NCBI GenBank assembly: GCA_043228905.1
Contig: JBHGNT010000015.1
Span: 12,214,001 to 12,278,000 of the forward strand
DNA from: Azolla caroliniana
Lineage: Eukaryota; Plantae; Polypodiophyta
DNA length: 64,000 nt
Direction of reading: 5' to 3'
This document shows, in pieces, positions 39,551 to 51,429 of the stretch (within the stretch, counting starts at the first letter, position 1; every line of letters starts with the position of its first letter). The notes beneath the pieces are model-generated. The model made no database searches, was not told where the DNA came from, and worked only from the letters and a program-made list of their open reading frames with translations. The position numbers were made by a program, and so were the translations under genes.

Positions 39551-42500
39551 CGGCTGGACCGGTTTTCTCCGTCCCAACTCAATTTGGCGCATGCCGGTGG
39601 ATGCGCGGTTAGGTGGGGGCGGATGTCGTGAAGAAAACCGTCCACAAGCGGAATCGGTGCACAGGAGCGTAGGAACCGGCTCTTCTCGAATGTTGTCCAT
39701 AGAAGATCCTAGGCAGGTAGATTCAGTAGGTAGGAAGAAAAGGGGAAACGGCTCCTTCCTTGCTGATAAAAGGAGGGAGACGAGGCGGGAAAAGGGATCG
39801 CGGAGAGTCGAGGAAGAAGTGCTGTCGGTTTGCGTGCGAAGGCCTCTCTCTCTCTCTCTGGTTCGCAGACTCCATAGCTTCCTTCTGTGCAGGTTTCGGG
39901 AGGCTCGCGCTGCTCTTAGGAATGCCCGAGTGCTTCCGGCAGCACCTCCAACCTACTCCTTCCTTTCTGTGCCTTTGCGAACAGGTATCGGCATCTGTTC
40001 GCCGGCCTGTTCGGTTGTAACTGACTTCGTGTTTCGTTGTCTGTCTTTGTTAATACATACATACATTCGTGTCTCTTTGTGTCGCTGTCCCACTCGCGTC
40101 TTTGTGTCGAAGGGCCGTGTCCCTGTGAATCTACTCTCGCACGTAGTGGGTCTCTTTTCTTTTCTCTCTTGCTCTTTGGTACAGGACCCCCGAGGTCCCG
40201 CCTCATTCCACGCATCCGCGAGGAATACCACGACAACGTGTTACTGGGTTCAAGGAAGGTGCATCCCCCAATGAGGATGCACAAACACTTGAGAAAATGT
40301 TAGGGTACATAGACGCCCTACCTATCACCAACATTTGGAGGGCCGGACGTGACACAACTAAGAAGAGAGCCTTAGTCCTTCAGTTTAAAGACTTGGAATC
40401 TAGAATCACATTCTTTAAGAAGAGACCAATTCTTCGAGGATTTGGTGGGGACCCTATCTATCTAAATGAAGACCTCACTAAGATGCAAATTGAGCACCGC
40501 AAAAGTTTTATGCCACGAGTCATGCAAGCTCGTAAAGAAGGGCATCACGCCTTTTATCAAGACGGGCGAGTGATAATAAATGATCGTGCTACTAATTGAT
40601 GGCATGCGGCCCATGTGATAGAAAATACACTTAGGATGACCTTATGGAATTGTAACGATGCACTCCAGACACACCCTCGTCGCATGGAGGAGATATTAAA
40701 GGTCTTAGATATATTTTTCTTGGTAGAAACACACCAAAGCCCAAATAGAGGACTCCCACGAGTCGAAGGATTTCGGTAGGGGTCTATATTTAGAAAAACC
40801 TCAGGTCGACAAACTACTAGAGGATCTAGAGGTGTCGCAATATTGTTTGGGAGAGAGCTACGTAATAGGATAGAAATACCAAGATAAAATCCAGAAGCTC
40901 GTTTTATGTGGGTGAAAGTCTTCACTGGCAAGGACCAGGCAATATTTTTCGCCATTTGTTACTTTCCCTGAAAGGATCCCGTTATAATATGGCTAGAGAG
41001 GCAAGATTAGTTGATGAAGAAGTGCCACATGGGCCTTCTCCATACGAACCTCTATCGGATGACATAATCCGATATTCTTCCCAAGGAGAAGTCTTCCTTG
41101 TAGGAGATTTCAATACGAGAACCCAATCTCGACGATGCACAAAATTTCAGATGGATAGAAACCTAGAAATGGTAAATGTGGATCCTTTTGACATAGATCA
41201 AAAGGATCCACCGTAGATCAAAAGACATCGCACCAACTTTAATCAACCAAGCCATCGCACCACAATACATTTCACACATGAGCTCTTTGACATATGCTCG
41301 CGACATGTTCAGGCCCATCTCTCCTCTTGTGATCCCTCCTTGCCTTTAGAAAGCCTTACTATGGAACTCACACGGAACTCTCACACATCCTTCACTCCGC
41401 AACAATTAGTAGTTTCCCATATACGAAACACTCCAATCAAGGTAGAGTAGGGTCTATGTCACAAAATAGATGGTATGATGAGGATTGTAGGGACTTACAT
41501 AGACAACTTAAAGTATCACAACTCAATGGTACTATTACCTCAGTACAAGCTCGTAAAGAAATGCGCAAGATGACACGTCGTAAGAGACGAGTGTGGGGGG
41601 CATCCCAATATTGGGAACTCTACCATATGTTCATGAATAGCGATTGCGTCACTATGTGGAAGAGACTACGTGAACCAAGACCACAAACACCCATCGAGGA
41701 TCCCAACACTTGGCACACATATACAGAGAGACTTTACCAAGTCCCAAAGCAGCCACCCATTCCAATGTCTTCTACACCCCGACCTACCATGGGGACACTT
41801 TTCATGACCTCTAGGGTCACAAAGGTCATAAAAAATTACAACATAGGAAGTTCATGAACCATACAGGATAGCGAGCAAAACACATCATATATACGCGAGA
41901 GTGCCTAGCTCCCTTTCTTACTCTAGTCTTCAATCATGCCCTTGTTGAGGGTTTTCCACCACAGTGGACTATGAACACAATGCCCCCCATACATAAAGGA
42001 GGAGACCCCCCATGGACCCAAATACATATAGGACCATTATGATAGGTCATATACTCGCTAAATTATATGGTGCATTGATGGAAGCAAAGCTTAGCGATTA
42101 TATGGAGACCTTAAATCTTCATGCACCTGAACAGGCTGGCTTTAGACGAGCCTTCTCTACTATTGATCATATCTTCACACATAGATGCTTAATTGACCAG
42201 ACAAAGGTTCGCAAGAAGAAATTATATTGTTGTTTTGTGGACTTCCACAAAGCCTTTGACACAGTCCCTAGACAATGGTTGTTTGATAGGCTTAAAATCT
42301 TGAAGATACTAGATGACATGATTTGGGCCATCTACACACTATATGAGCAAGTCTCAGGGTGCGTCCAATGGCCAGGTGGCCTATCCAATTCCTTCACTAG
42401 CACTATTGGTGTAAAACAAGGTTGCCCCCTATCACCGACTCTTTTTGGGATCTACATTGATGAGATCACAAATTTTATTGCTCGTAAGGGAGGCAACAGA

Positions 42501-42678
42501 GTAGTCCTTGGGGGTACGTGGGTTCGTATCTTGCTCTACGTTGTCGTGATGTGGTATGTCTAGTGCGAGAAAAACTCAAAAATTGAGGATCCACACACAT
42601 TTCACGAATACTTGTAAAAATGAAAATAAATAAACCTAGGTCACAATGGCATTGAGTGCATGTAGAGGGTTGCAAGTA

Positions 42679-42733
42679 GGATTTGAACCTTGCACCTCTA
42701 AGGTAAGAGGCAATTACCTTACCACTAAAGCTA
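42679..42733 (-). promoter_or_regulatory. tRNA-like Pol III promoter cassette in the G4 5' LTR (copy at 45684-45738)
   Basis: Minus strand: TAGCTTTAGTGG (A box), 32 nt containing a GCCTCT/AGAGGT hairpin, then GGTTCAAATCC (B box), with T-runs downstream. Confidence 0.65.
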
Positions 42734-43242
42734 CTACTAAGTGCTTTAGATGTTCTATATTTCTTTCTCATATTCAGTATTCCGTAGGAAACAAACGAAC
42801 AAAACCGTGTACACAAAACCACGGTTTTAAGCCCATGGTTTCCTGCATGTCACAAAGCAAAACTGTGTGCACATAAACCATGGCTCCAAGCCCATGGTTT
42901 TGTGCATGGACAAACCTATAAAACCCCTAGTACGGCTTGTGTAAGGGGGGGCTCAATATGATATGACCATCATCATCACCATCAATAATATAAGCTTCTA
43001 TTTCTTCTTCTTCGCATCTATCTTGTAATTATTTATCTACTTCTGAAAGTGTACAATCTTCAATCTTCTCAAGTGTAATAGGTCTTCCTCCAATCTTACA
43101 TTCACATCGTCCTCTTCTCAATACCTTGACGGACATCCTCCTTGGTCCAAGACCCCGGTGGTCCCGCTCAAGCAAAGCACGCTCGCACGCGCATCTTCGC
43201 GACATTTTTTTGTGAACCCGACGTGAAGAGCAGTAGGGGAGG

Positions 43243-45387
43243 ATGAAGCTGGACAAGGAATATCTAATGAAGGCAATGTCAAAGATGATGATAGAGTTTT
43301 CAAGAGAAGGGAAAACACGACATGCGGCCCAACAAGCCGTCGAAAGCATGATCAAGCGAGTCGGGTTTTTCGATGGAGGCAAAGTCCAAAAATTTCTAAA
43401 GGCCTACAATGCCGAAATGGATTCAAGAGGAGTGGAGGAAGCAATGAGGCTGGAGTACTTTTGTCGAGTGGTGGCCGAACCAATCTTCGAAGAGATTAAA
43501 GAGATTCAAAAAACTCACGATTCGTGGGTGTCCTTCAAAGAAGCTTTACGAGAGTCATATGGTTACGAAGAGCAAAAGGGACGAGGTCTGTATGAGTTTC
43601 ACGAATGGGTGTCATCGAGAAAGACCCACCAGAGTGCTATGCATGCATTCGTTGAGTTTGAGTATCGCTTCGCTCAACTCTCGGACCGGGATCGAAGATT
43701 GGTGGGGGTGAATAAAGTTCTGATGTTTGTAAAGTCAATCGATCGGAATGAAAGGAAGACCATTGGAATCCAACTCGAGGATGACAATGGTGAAAATGGC
43801 CTCACTGAGGATTGGGCCAAAGTGGAAAGGGTATGCTGACAACACGATAAGAGGGAGATGAGACTCTCATCGACAACAACACGACCCACAAGGGATGTTC
43901 AAAGGAGAATGGGATGTGGCAATAAAAACCCACTGAAGGAAGAAAGCTCGAAGAGGAAAGCTTCGAAAGAACTCAACATAGAAGCCTTGATGAGAGAGGC
44001 AATAATGAACTTAAAGGCACAAGTCGAGGTTGAAGAGAAGATGAAAACAAAACCGAGGAAAATGGTGATCGACGAAGAGGAGACCTCCTGACAAATGCAG
44101 ACTAATGGTACAGCCAATACGAAGGCCCAGGTTTGGTATGACAGTACCATGGGAGAAGGTGTGAAACAAGCCACCTTCTCGACTTATGGAGGAACGACGG
44201 TCGAGAGAAGGGCCGAAGACTCGAGAGCGGGAAATGCTGCTTTAAGAGTGGATGAGCATTTCAGAACACATGCTGTGTCCGAAATATCGAGTAATGAAGG
44301 TGCAAGCATGAGGGAAGCTTGCGTGATCAAGGGATGTAAAGAGTGCGAGGTCGACGTGATTGAGGCGGTAGCCACGAGAAACGACATCAAGTCGCAGATG
44401 GCTAAGGAAGAGTTCACGGCGGATGACCGTGTCGAGACTTTCCCAACATTTGATCTAGAGACTTGGGCAGTTGCGTCCGAGAGCCAACATGAGACCCAAG
44501 AGACGGAAAGTGGTGGGGAAGAAAATATTGAAGACAATGCGAATAACAACATTGAGCGAAAGATGGCTACGGATGAGAAGACGGTGACCGATGGTGTCGA
44601 GGTTCTCCCCACATTTCTTCCTGAGACTTCGGCAGTTGTGCCCGAGTGTCAACGTGAGACCGGAGAGACGGAAGGTGACGGCAAGAAATCGAAGGACCAA
44701 AGTGGCAATGAGGACGATGACCACAGACGAAGGGATCCCTCCACACCGGTTCCGAAGACTTCGGCAGTTGTGCTCGAGAGACAACATCAGACCGGAGAGA
44801 TGGAAGGTGGCAGCGAGGAGATGAGGGTCGAAGTCGGCGCATACAGAGGAACGGTTGCCAACAAGGAGACCAAAAACAAAGCTACAATAGAGTTCGATGA
44901 AGAGCCAAAGAGCGGCAAGAAAGGAAGAACCGGAATACAATCCGGATGGAAGATGACTCGGTTGGTATTCCGACCCGAACGGAAGCCGACCTGGACGAGA
45001 GTTGATCAACCAGGCCCGACCCAACTGAAAACCGGACAGAAACTAACCCGGACGAAAGTCGATCATCTAAGTCCGATTCGGCCGAATGCGAATCCGAACG
45101 AAGGCCGACCAAGCCAGAAGTTGATTGGTCGAGACCGATCCCGACAGAAGTTGAGCCGGCCTAGACAAAGGTCAAAGCAAACGAGCCGCAACATCCAGTC
45201 GAGGCCGTTGAGCATAAGGAAAGGCAAGCATGAGACGAGAAAGGATGATAAAGGAAAGTTAAGTGACCAAGGAGATGGCCGAGATGAAGGTGGCACATGC
45301 ACGAGGCATGAAGCGTTATGCTCGGGAGGAGCACAGGGAGCCATGACAACTAGACATGGCAATAAAAAAGGTGAGCGAATGATATGA
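43243..45387 (+). pseudogene. G4 Gag-like ORF with long repetitive extension (714 codons, two in-frame TGA)
   Basis: ORFs 43243-43839, 43858-44091 and 44095-45387 share a frame. N-terminal part aligns with G3 gag (GFFDG..YNAEM, VLMFVKSID, GLTEDW..V.RVC). Confidence 0.8.
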
Positions 45388-46295
45388 TGGATCGGATGGC
45401 AACGGCAGTTCGAAGTAGACGACAAAAAGACGGTGCAGACGAGGCACAAGAAAGGAGGAAATCAAACACCAACCACCTTTGACCCTTCCACATCACTCTT
45501 TTCTTCTTGGCACATACCAGAGGATGTGCGGTTTGGTGGGGGTGGATGTCGTGATGTGGCATGTTTAGTGCGAGAAAAACTCAAAAATTGAGGATCCACA
45601 CACATTTCACGAATACTTGTAAAAATGAAAATAAATAAACCTAGGTCACAATGGCATTGAGTGCATGTAGAGGGTTGCAAGTAGGATTTGAACCTTGCAC
45701 CTCTAAGGTAAGAGGCAATTACCTTACCACTAAAGCTACTACTAAGTGCTTTAGATGTTCTATATTTCTTTCTCATATTCAGTATTCCGTAGGAAACAAA
45801 CGAACAAAACCGTGTACACAAAACCACGGTTTTAAGCCCATGGTTTCCTGCATGTCACAAAGCAAAACTGTGTGCACATAAACCATGGCTCCAAGCCCAT
45901 GGTTTTGTGCATGGACAAACCTATAAAACCCCTAGTACGGCTTGTGTAAGGGGGGGCTCAATATGATATGACCATCATCATCACCATCAATAATATAAGC
46001 TTCTATTTCTTCTTCTTCGCATCTATCTTGTAATTATTTATCTACTTCTGAAAGTGTACAATCTTCAATCTTCTCAAGTGTAATAGGTCTTCCTCCAATC
46101 TTACATTCACATCGTCCTCTTCTCAATACCTTGACGGACATCCTCCTTGGTCCAAGACCCCGGTGGTCCCGCTCAAGCAAAGCACGCTCGCACGCGCATC
46201 TTCGCGACAACGTAGACGACATAGTTTTGCTCTTTAAGCGATCTAATTGATCTTGGATTGAATTTAATGATTGTACAATATGTGACAAAAATTAG

Positions 46296-46740
46296 GCATG
46301 GGGTATCAAGCATATTACACTTGTTGATTATGGTAATGTAGCAATGTCAAATCCAGTTCGCCAATCATTATATAACTTCGATCATTGTTTAAATGGTGGG
46401 AGAGCAAAGGATGAAGTAGCTGTTGAAAGCTTGCGGAGTATCCTGCATGGTGTGGTAGTTGACCATCCCTCTTTTCCATTACTTGTGTGAAGTTTTCCTT
46501 CTTGATGTCTTCATATTTGTTTGAATATGTTTCAAAATATCACTCTTTATAGGATGCTATTGGAATTGGATTGTCAATACCCATGCTGGGCGTAGTGTAT
46601 CGAAGAGTGAAGTTATAGATGTAATGGAGGCTTCTGATAAATTACACCAGCTTGTGGATGAACATGATATAATTTTTCTTTTGACTAATACTCGAGAAAG
46701 TCATCGGTTACCAACCCTCCTTTGTGCAAACGCAAACAAG
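46296..46740 (+). pseudogene. ATG7: ATG7 (autophagy E1-like enzyme) two-exon fragment
   Basis: Exon 46296-46454 encodes [26 protein letters not shown].. and exon 46553-46740 encodes ..IPML..EHDIIFLLTNTRESHRLPTLLCANANK, with AG/GT boundaries. There is a 1-nt frameshift at the PMPGH motif and TDTRESRW is altered. Confidence 0.87.
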
Positions 46741-47036
46741 GTAAAATAAATCTGTTTTGAACATGCATGCTCATTTTGTAAGAAATCAAGCAATAACACA
46801 AGAGATAGGAAGAAGGTAACAGGGAGAGAGAGATCAAGAAACTAACAATTGTATTTCTCACACCACATGAATAGTGGTTACAATGTGTATATATAAGAGA
46901 GAGGGTAGTTACAAAACGTTGTCGCGTTGTTACACGCGTGCGTGTAGAAGGGCGGGACCACGGGGGTCTCAGACTAGGGAAGAAGGGAAGCCAAGAAGAC
47001 GATTCCGGGTGCGTTCCGGAAGCAACCGAATGGGAG

Positions 47037-50021
47037 AGAAAGAAAGAAAGATGTATTAACGTCTTCTAAGGCCAAATTTTGCCCATGAGACAATTGGTTT
47101 ACAACAATAGAGTATTTATCCAGTCATCATAACTAAAAATAAAATTAAGTAAAAAAAATAGAACTTAAACTAAAAGAGTTCTAGTAGTGTACAATATGTA
47201 GTATACTCGAAAGTGACTATACACTAAGCCTAATTTTATTTCCACCCAAGCCTCTCGAAAAGAAGTGGGGGGTCAAAGGGTCTTGATGTGGGTGCCAATG
47301 TAGAGAGTGCCCTAGCCATGGCTTCTAGGCGGTGTAGCTCACGTTCCCTTATTTTCAATATTGCTTCCACATCACGTTGAGTTGCTTTGAAACCCGGCAC
47401 CCGAGGATGTCTGGTTCTTCTCTGGTTTTCTACCTCATCAATGGAAAGGCCGAGTGGTGCAAGTGTGTCGGCATTCGTTGTCTCCTCAGGTTCTTGAAAA
47501 ACTACATTTGTTACATGTTCGTGATCATTAGCAACATTATTGTCAACATTTTGTAATTTATTCTCTCTGTGTTGTTTTAGCTCTAGAATGTATTTGCCTA
47601 ATTTCTTTATATCTAGAGTATCTAATAGTTTGGGGAGGGTGGGAGACGGACCAAGTATGTCTTGGTATTTTGCCCTTATCTCGGCATAGGTTGGACACTT
47701 GCATGTAAAGTGGTACTCATCCTCTATCTCTATGTGACATAACCTACATATCCTTTCCTCCCTAGGGACTCCACTAGTACGGCCATTTTCAATCTCAAGT
47801 TGGTGAGATGATATTCTAAGTTGTCCAATGGCAACCCTTAGTGCATGTGGTAAGAATACATCTAGATATTTTGGCCGCGTGATAAAACCTAACTCAGAGA
47901 AGTGCATGAAGTGTTTCTTATAGTACGACATTTTAGATGGGAGTGGCTCTAGTGGGGTGATCCATTTACACCGAATGTAAATTTGCCATATTTCTTGGCG
48001 TATTACTTTATTGCGGTTCTCATGAGAGATTAAGGTGTTATCACTCGTGTGGTTGTACCTAAGGGGAGGTAGGTTATTAATGTCTAGACCATTCGCAAGA
48101 AGCCAAGTCACCATCATGCCATACCATGAGCTAGTATAGCCGGACTCATACAATGATCGAGAGGCCTTAAAGGCTTGATGAGATATTCTATCATGTGGTT
48201 GGCTATGTATCCTATCAATAAAGACTACAAGTTGAAAAAGTGCCTCTACTAGCATTGGGGGTAACGTGAACTCGGCCCTAATAATGTCATGTGGTACAGT
48301 CGATTTGCTTCGGAGTTGGCGTGATAGCATCATCACCAATGGTCTCTCTAATTGCATCCACATGAAGGATGGTAATCCTGGAGCCCAAACCGCTGATGCA
48401 TACATGAGGGAGGGGGTCACTAATGAGTCAAAGAGCCACCCTTTAGTCTGTGGCTCTTGAAAGTGTGCTTGGTGGCATTGTCTCTCTAGGAGTGAGAGGG
48501 ATGCATGTCCTCTCGTGAGTCTATCCTTCGCTGCCTGTGTCATCGAAAATTTACCTGAGCGGGCACTAAAAGTGACTCCGAGATATACGTACGATCCAAC
48601 CACCTCGACTGGGCTATGGGAGATAGTTAGGTGACACTTAGCTCTAACTTGGGCCGATGTGTGGAAGATAAGGACTTTCGTTTTCCCTAGATTCACTACC
48701 AATCCTCGTTGTACACAAAAGTCATCTAAGGCATTGAGGTGCCTCTGTAGGTCATGTTCGGATTCAGAGAGCAAAACTATGTCATCCGCATAGAGCAAGA
48801 TACGAACCTGCGTATCCCCAAGGACCACTCCGGTGCCTCCCTCACGAGCAATAAAATCTGTGATCTCATCAATGTAGATCCCAAAAAGCGTCGGTGATAG
48901 GGGGCAACCTTGTTTTACACCAATAGTGCTAGTGAAACGATTGGATAGGCCACCTGGGCATCGGACACACCCGGACACTTGTTCATATAGTGCGTAGATG
49001 GCCCATACCATATCATCTGGCATCCTCAAGCTTTTAAGTCGATCAGACAACCGATCTCTAGGGACTGTGTCAAAGGCTTTGCGGAAGTCCACAAAACAAC
49101 AATATAATCTCTTCTTGCGAGCCCTAGTTTGGTCAATTAGGCATCTAAGTGTGAAGATGTGATCAATAGTGGAGAAGGCTCGTCTAAAGCCAGCTTGTTC
49201 AGGTGCACGAAGGTTTAGGGTCTCCATGTAGTCGCTAAGCTCTGCTTCCATTACTGCACCATATAACTTAGCAAGGGTATGGCCTATCATAATGGTCCTA
49301 TATGTATTTGGGTCCATGGGGTCCCCCCCTTTATGTATGGGGGTCACTGTATTCATAGTCCACTGTGGTGGAAAACCCTCCGCAAGGGCACGATTGAAGA
49401 TTAGAGTTAGCAAGGGAGCTAGGCACTCTCTCGCATATATAATGTGTTCTGCTCGCAATCCTGTGTGGTCCATGAACTTCCTATGTTGTAATTTCTTTAT
49501 GACCTTCATGACCCTAGAGGTCGTGAAAAGTGTCCCCGTGGTAGGCTGGGGTGTGGAAGGCATTGGAAAAGGTGGTTGGTTTGGGATTTGGTAAAGTCTC
49601 TCTGTATATGTGTGCCAAGTTTCGGGATCTTCGATGGGTGTTTGTGGTCTTGGCTCCCGTAGTCTCTTCCATGCCGTGGCGCAATCGCTACTCATGAGCA
49701 TATGGTAGAGTTCCCAGTATTGGGATGCCTCCCACGCTCGTCTCTTACGACGTGTCATCTTACGCATTTCTTTGCGAGCTTGTGTGGAGGTAATACTACC
49801 ATTGAGTTGCGATACTATAAGTTGTCTATGTAGGTCCCTATAATCCTCGTCATACCATTTATTTTGTGGCATTGATCCTGATCTACCTTGATTTGAGTGT
49901 TTTGTATATGGGAAACTGCTAGCTGCTGCGGAGTGAAGGATGTGTGTGAGTTTTGTACTAAGGCTTTCTAACGGTAGAGAGGGATCAATGGAGGGGAGAT
50001 GGGCCTGAACATGTTGAGAGT
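47037..50021 (-). mobile_element. 5'-truncated LINE L-B (RTE-X-like) with (CTTT)n tail, inserted in the G5 3' LTR
   Basis: G5 LTR sequence stops at about 47037 and resumes at 50022. Tail reads AGAAAGAAAGAAAG on plus. No clear TSD. Confidence 0.9.
47236..50021 (-). CDS. Uninterrupted LINE ORF2 part: RT plus C-terminal Cys/His motif, endonuclease missing
   Basis: QAGFRR, FVDFRKAFD, GVKQGCPLSP, LLYADD, YLG, and SSHQLEIENGR..REERICRLC..EDEYHF..C. First in-frame ATG at 49872 gives 878 aa. Confidence 0.9.
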
Positions 50022-51429
50022 AGCGCGCACTTGACCCCGACTCACACCCATACACGCACACACCACGCCGACCCAACTCACGCCCTTATGTACAGAAATG
50101 GAGGTAAGAGAACACCAAAAACACCCGCACACTAACAAAGACACGGATATGCACAGACAAACGTAAATGTATATATAATAAGGGGAAGAATACATCCCCG
50201 GCTTCGAGCTGGACCAAGGTAGATTACAACAGTCGTCGGCTGCCAAGCCGCCGGTCGGGGAGCTCACGGGCTTGTTGCATTGAGCGGGGTCTTGCGCAGG
50301 AGACGAGCTGAAGCAAACCCTAAGCGAACGCGAAGGGGGGGGGGGGAGAAGAAGAAGAAGAAGAAGAAAAGAAGGAGCGAATGTAACTAACTCTAAATCT
50401 AACGGTATACCCTCTAACGCAAAATGGGCAACCCTTTCACAAAGGGCGCTCCCTTCATTTTATAGAACAAGGAGAGGGATGCGTTACAATGTGGGATAAA
50501 TCCCGACTTACATGGGATTCTCTGTCCCGACTTGACTCCTACTATTCACACGTTTATGCCAGGGTGAGTGCACATGGTGCACACCGCCGATTCTCTCGAT
50601 ATTCTCCGATTCCGCCTAGGGACGGTTTTCTCCACGACATCCGCCCCCACCTAACCGCGCATCCACCGGTATGCGCCAAAATAGACTTTTTGCTGGAGAA
50701 GACCGGCCCGTGCTTGCCCTTCGTCCTTCAGATCGTCATTCGCTTCAGACCGGTCCATCCTCGTGTCGCTTGCCACTCTGCAGGCTCATTTGTCCCGTCG
50801 ATGGGTCCTTCGCCGCGATCTCCGTAGTACGCGTACTTCCGCTGGCCCTTGTTCAGCCGTATGCACGCCCCGCTCTCCGCCGTATGCCCAATGTCCTCCA
50901 CTTGAGGAACGCTCATAGTGGCCCGCTTGGCCTTCGTCGACCATTCATGTTGACATGATTGCCGTCCCATGTTGTTTCGCATTGCCTTCGTCCTCTCGCC
51001 GCCACCTTCCTTCCCCATGGTCTTAAGTCGCCATGTCAGCTCGAACCGCCATGGTCTTTGAAACGGTGTGGAGGATCCTCCTTTGGCCTTCTATGCGCTA
51101 ACTCCGAACCGCGTAACTCGTCTCCGCGCTCGCCTTTCCGCTCCAGCACCTCCGTGTGCCGCATACCCTCGTCCGTTGTTTGGCACTGCCTGTGCCGCAC
51201 TCCGTCTCGTAGTCACGCTTCGATCCGGCCCGCTATGGTCACTTGCGAGACTCTTCTTCCGTCCTAGGTGTGCCTTTCCGGCCCGACACACCTCCCCGTG
51301 GCCGCCCCTACCAGCTCCTTCCGAAACCGTAACCAGTTGGTAAGGGTTTCGCACTTCGTCCGCCCCCGTCTTACCGACTCCCGATCCGCTATCTCGTGTT
51401 GCCGGATCCCATTCCTTGCCGTCACCGTC

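Larger units (their letters stand above)
33278..40235 (+). mobile_element. Full-length Ty3/Gypsy element G3 (612-bp LTRs at 33278-33889 and 39624-40235), TSD ACGT
   Basis: LTR pair differs at about a dozen sites by eye. ACGT at 33274-33277 and 40236-40239. Complete gag-PR-RT-RH-IN. Confidence 0.98.
32827..40599 (+). pseudogene. LINE ORF1 (coiled coil plus RRM/CTD), split by G3
   Basis: Removing 33278-40239 restores RRLNVRVTGFKEG. C-terminal IYLNEDLT..GRVIIND. Frameshifts near the N-terminus. Confidence 0.82.
42542..46209 (+). mobile_element. Non-autonomous Gag-only LTR element G4 (663-bp LTRs at 42542-43204 and 45547-46209), TSD ACGT
   Basis: LTRs differ at only 2 sites seen by eye. PBS-Trp about 43210-43227, same pre-PPT motif as G3, ACGT at 42538-42541 and 46210-46213. 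No PR/RT/IN motifs. Confidence 0.94.
40636..46232 (+). pseudogene. LINE L-A ORF2 (APE endonuclease + RT), decayed and split by G4
   Basis: Fragments 40908-41216, 41456-41857 and 42012-42541, then 46214 onward (DDIVLL). Closely homologous to the 47236-50021 ORF. Confidence 0.85.
32464..46235 (+). mobile_element. LINE L-A (RTE-X-like, ORF1 + EN-RT), 3'-truncated, interrupted by G3 and G4
   Basis: (CT)n and putative 5' UTR, ORF1 from 32827, ORF2 with MTLWNCN, LVETH and GDFN endonuclease motifs, RT YRTIMIG, QAGFR, FVDFHKAFD, GVKQGCPLSP and LLY[G4]VDDIVLL. Confidence 0.88.

Noticed and set aside
43837-44097. Programmed readthrough at the two TGA-CAA stops in G4
   Set aside because: The contexts do not match CARYYA or UGA-CUA signals. 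CGA-to-TGA decay, common in this window, is simpler.
50022-50076. N-terminus of the 946-aa ORF as a real protein start
   Set aside because: It starts at a GTG inside LTR sequence and is an accidental in-frame fusion with the truncated LINE.
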